Shown here in pieces: positions 61,671 through 64,000 of a DNA stretch of 64,000 bases. The stretch lies in assembly GCF_039654945.1 (NCBI RefSeq), contig NW_027361924.1, positions 9,920,001-9,984,000 on the forward strand, read 5' to 3'. This DNA comes from Dendrobates tinctorius. Taxonomy: Eukaryota. The stretch's first letter is position 1; every line of letters begins with the position of its first letter. A program made the position numbers and the translations under genes. The notes below the pieces were generated by a model. It did not search any database and had not been told where the DNA came from. It saw only the letters and a list, made by a program, of their open reading frames with translations.

Positions 61671-64000
61671 ATACCCTTCTGTTATATGTGTGACCCATCC
61701 AATACTGACCCCTGTGGTACCAACTGTGATATGTGTCCCCTCCCATACTGAACCCTGAGATACCCTTCTGTTTCACGTGAGTTCCCTGTTACTGACCTCT
61801 GTGGTACCCACTGTAATATGTGTGACCCATCCAACACTGACCCCTGTGGTACCCACTGTGATATGTGTCCCCTCCCATACTGAACCCTGAGATACCCTTC
61901 TGTTTCACGTGAGTTCCCTGTTACTGACCTCTGTGGTACCCACTGTAATATGTGTGACCCATCCAACACTGACCCCTGTGGTACCCACTGTTATATGTGT
62001 GTGACCCATCCAATACTGACCCCTGTGGTACCCACTGTTATAGGTGTGTGACCCATCCAATACTGACCCCTGTGGTACCCACTGTTATAGGTGTGTGACC
62101 CATCCAATACTGACCCCTGTAGTACCCACTGTTATAAGTGTGTGCCCCATCCAATACTGACCCCTGTGGTACCCACTGTGATATGTGTCCCCTTCCATAC
62201 TGAACCCTGAGATACCCTTCTGTTTCACGTGAGTTCCCTGTTACTGACCTCTGTGGTACCCACTGTAATATGTGTGACCCATCCAACACTGACCCCTGTG
62301 ATACCCACTGTTATATGTGTGTGACCCATCCAATACTGACCCCTGTGGTACCCACTGTTATAGGTGTGTGACCCATCCAATACTGACCCCTGTAGTACCC
62401 ACTGTTATATGTGTGTGCCCCATCCAATACTGACCCCTGTGGTACCCACTGTGATATGTGTCCCCTCCCATACTGAACCCTGAGATACCCTTCTGTTTCA
62501 CGTGAGTTCCCTGTTACTGACCTCTGTGGTACCCACTGTAATATGTGTGACCCATCCAACACTGACCCCTGTGGCACCCACTGTTATATGTGTGTGACCC
62601 ATCCAATACTGACCCCTGTGGTACCCACTGTTATAGGTGTGTGACCCATCCAATACTGACCCCTGTAGTACCCACTGTTATAAGTGTGTGCCCCATCCAA
62701 TACTGACCCCTGTGATACCCACTGTTATATGTGTGTGACCCATCCAATACTGACCCCTGTGGTACCAATTGTTATATGTGTGTGACCCATCCAATACTGA
62801 CCCCTGTGATACCCACTGTTATATCTGTGACCCATCCAATACTGACCCCTGTGGCACCCACTGTTATATGTGTGACCCATCCAATACTGACCCCTTTGGT
62901 ACCAATTGTTATATGTGTGTGACCCATCCATTACTGATCCCTGTGGTACTCACTGTTATAAGTGTGTGCCCCATCCAATACTGACCCCTGTGGTACTCAC
63001 TGTTATGTGTGTGACCCATCCATTACTGACCCCTGTGGTACTCACTGTTATATGTGTGTGCCCCATCCAATACTGACCCCTGTGGTACTCACTGTTATAT
63101 GTGTGTGCCCCATCCAATACTGACCCCTGTGATACCCACTGTTATATGTGTGTGACCCATCCATTACTGACCCCTGTGGTACTCACTGTTATGTGTGTGA
63201 CCCATCCAATACTGACCCCTGTGGTACCCACTGTTATATTTGTGTGCCCCATCCAATAATGACCCCTGTGGTACTCACTGTTATATGTGTGTGCCCCATC
63301 CAATACTGACCCCTGTGGTACCCACTGCTATATGTGTGTGACCCATCCATTACTGACCCCTGTGGTACTCACTGTTATATGTGTGTGCCCCATCCAATAC
63401 TGACCCCTGTGATACCCACTGTTATATGTGTGTGACCCATCCATTACTGACCCCTGTGGTACTCACTGTTATGTGTGTGACCCATCCAATACTGACCCCT
63501 GTGGTACCCACTGTTATATTTGTGTGCCCCATCCAATAATGACCCCTGTGGTACCCCCTGCTATATGTGTGTGCCCCATCCAATACTGACCCCTGTGGTA
63601 CCCACTGCTATATGTGTGTGACCCATCCAATACTGACCCCTGTGGTACTCACTGTTATATGTGTGTGCCCCATCCAATACTGACCCCTGTGGTACTCACT
63701 GTTATGTGTGTGACCCATCCAATACTGACCCCTGTGGTACCCACTGTTATATTTGTGTGCCCCATCCAATAATGACCCCTGTGGTACTCACTGTTATATG
63801 TGTGTGCCCCATCCAATACTGACCCCTGTGGTACCCCCTGCTATATGTGTGTGCCCCATCCAATACTGACCCCTGTGGTACCCACTGCTATATGTGTGTG
63901 ACCCATCCATTACTGACCCCTGTGGTACTCACTGTTATATGTGTGTGCCCCATCCAATACTGACCCCTGTGATACCCACTGTTATATGTGTGTGACCCAT
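61650..64000. repeat. Homogeneous 43-47 bp satellite array, open at the window end
   Basis: About 50 units of ccatccaatactgacccctgtggtacccactgttatatgtgtgtgac with higher-order blocks. Confidence 0.97.

Overview
Repeat-rich vertebrate genomic DNA. The olfactory receptor class and the TE spectrum point to an anuran frog (inference). The first 20 kb hold part of an olfactory receptor (OR) cluster: three intact single-exon class II/gamma-type OR ORFs on + (2509, 8964, 18524) and one OR remnant (~11.9 kb). The remainder is nested mobile DNA: L2 and CR1 LINE pieces, Tc1, piggyBac-like (TTAA) and Harbinger-like (TAA/TTA) MITEs, three solo LTRs with target-site duplications (TSDs), and three LTR retrotransposons. 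These are a very young Ty3/gypsy copy lacking its RT core (24447-30862), a decayed Tf1/sushi chromovirus with a readable self-priming signal (37431-43291), and a fragmented Gmr1-like element with integrase before RT (43979-51629). Main observations: (1) the ~45-bp satellite at the right end derives from the [11 protein letters not shown] motif of a CR1 reverse transcriptase and exists as an old degenerate array and a young expanded array within a local duplication; (2) a short Penelope-type insert carries a minimal hammerhead ribozyme, and a second Penelope-like piece sits at nearly the same site in another copy of the host MITE; (3) the young gypsy pol frame stays open for ~190 codons into its LTR; (4) the sushi 5' LTR has lost its self-primer. 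No new multi-gene system is demonstrated. Everything was read by eye, with no database search.
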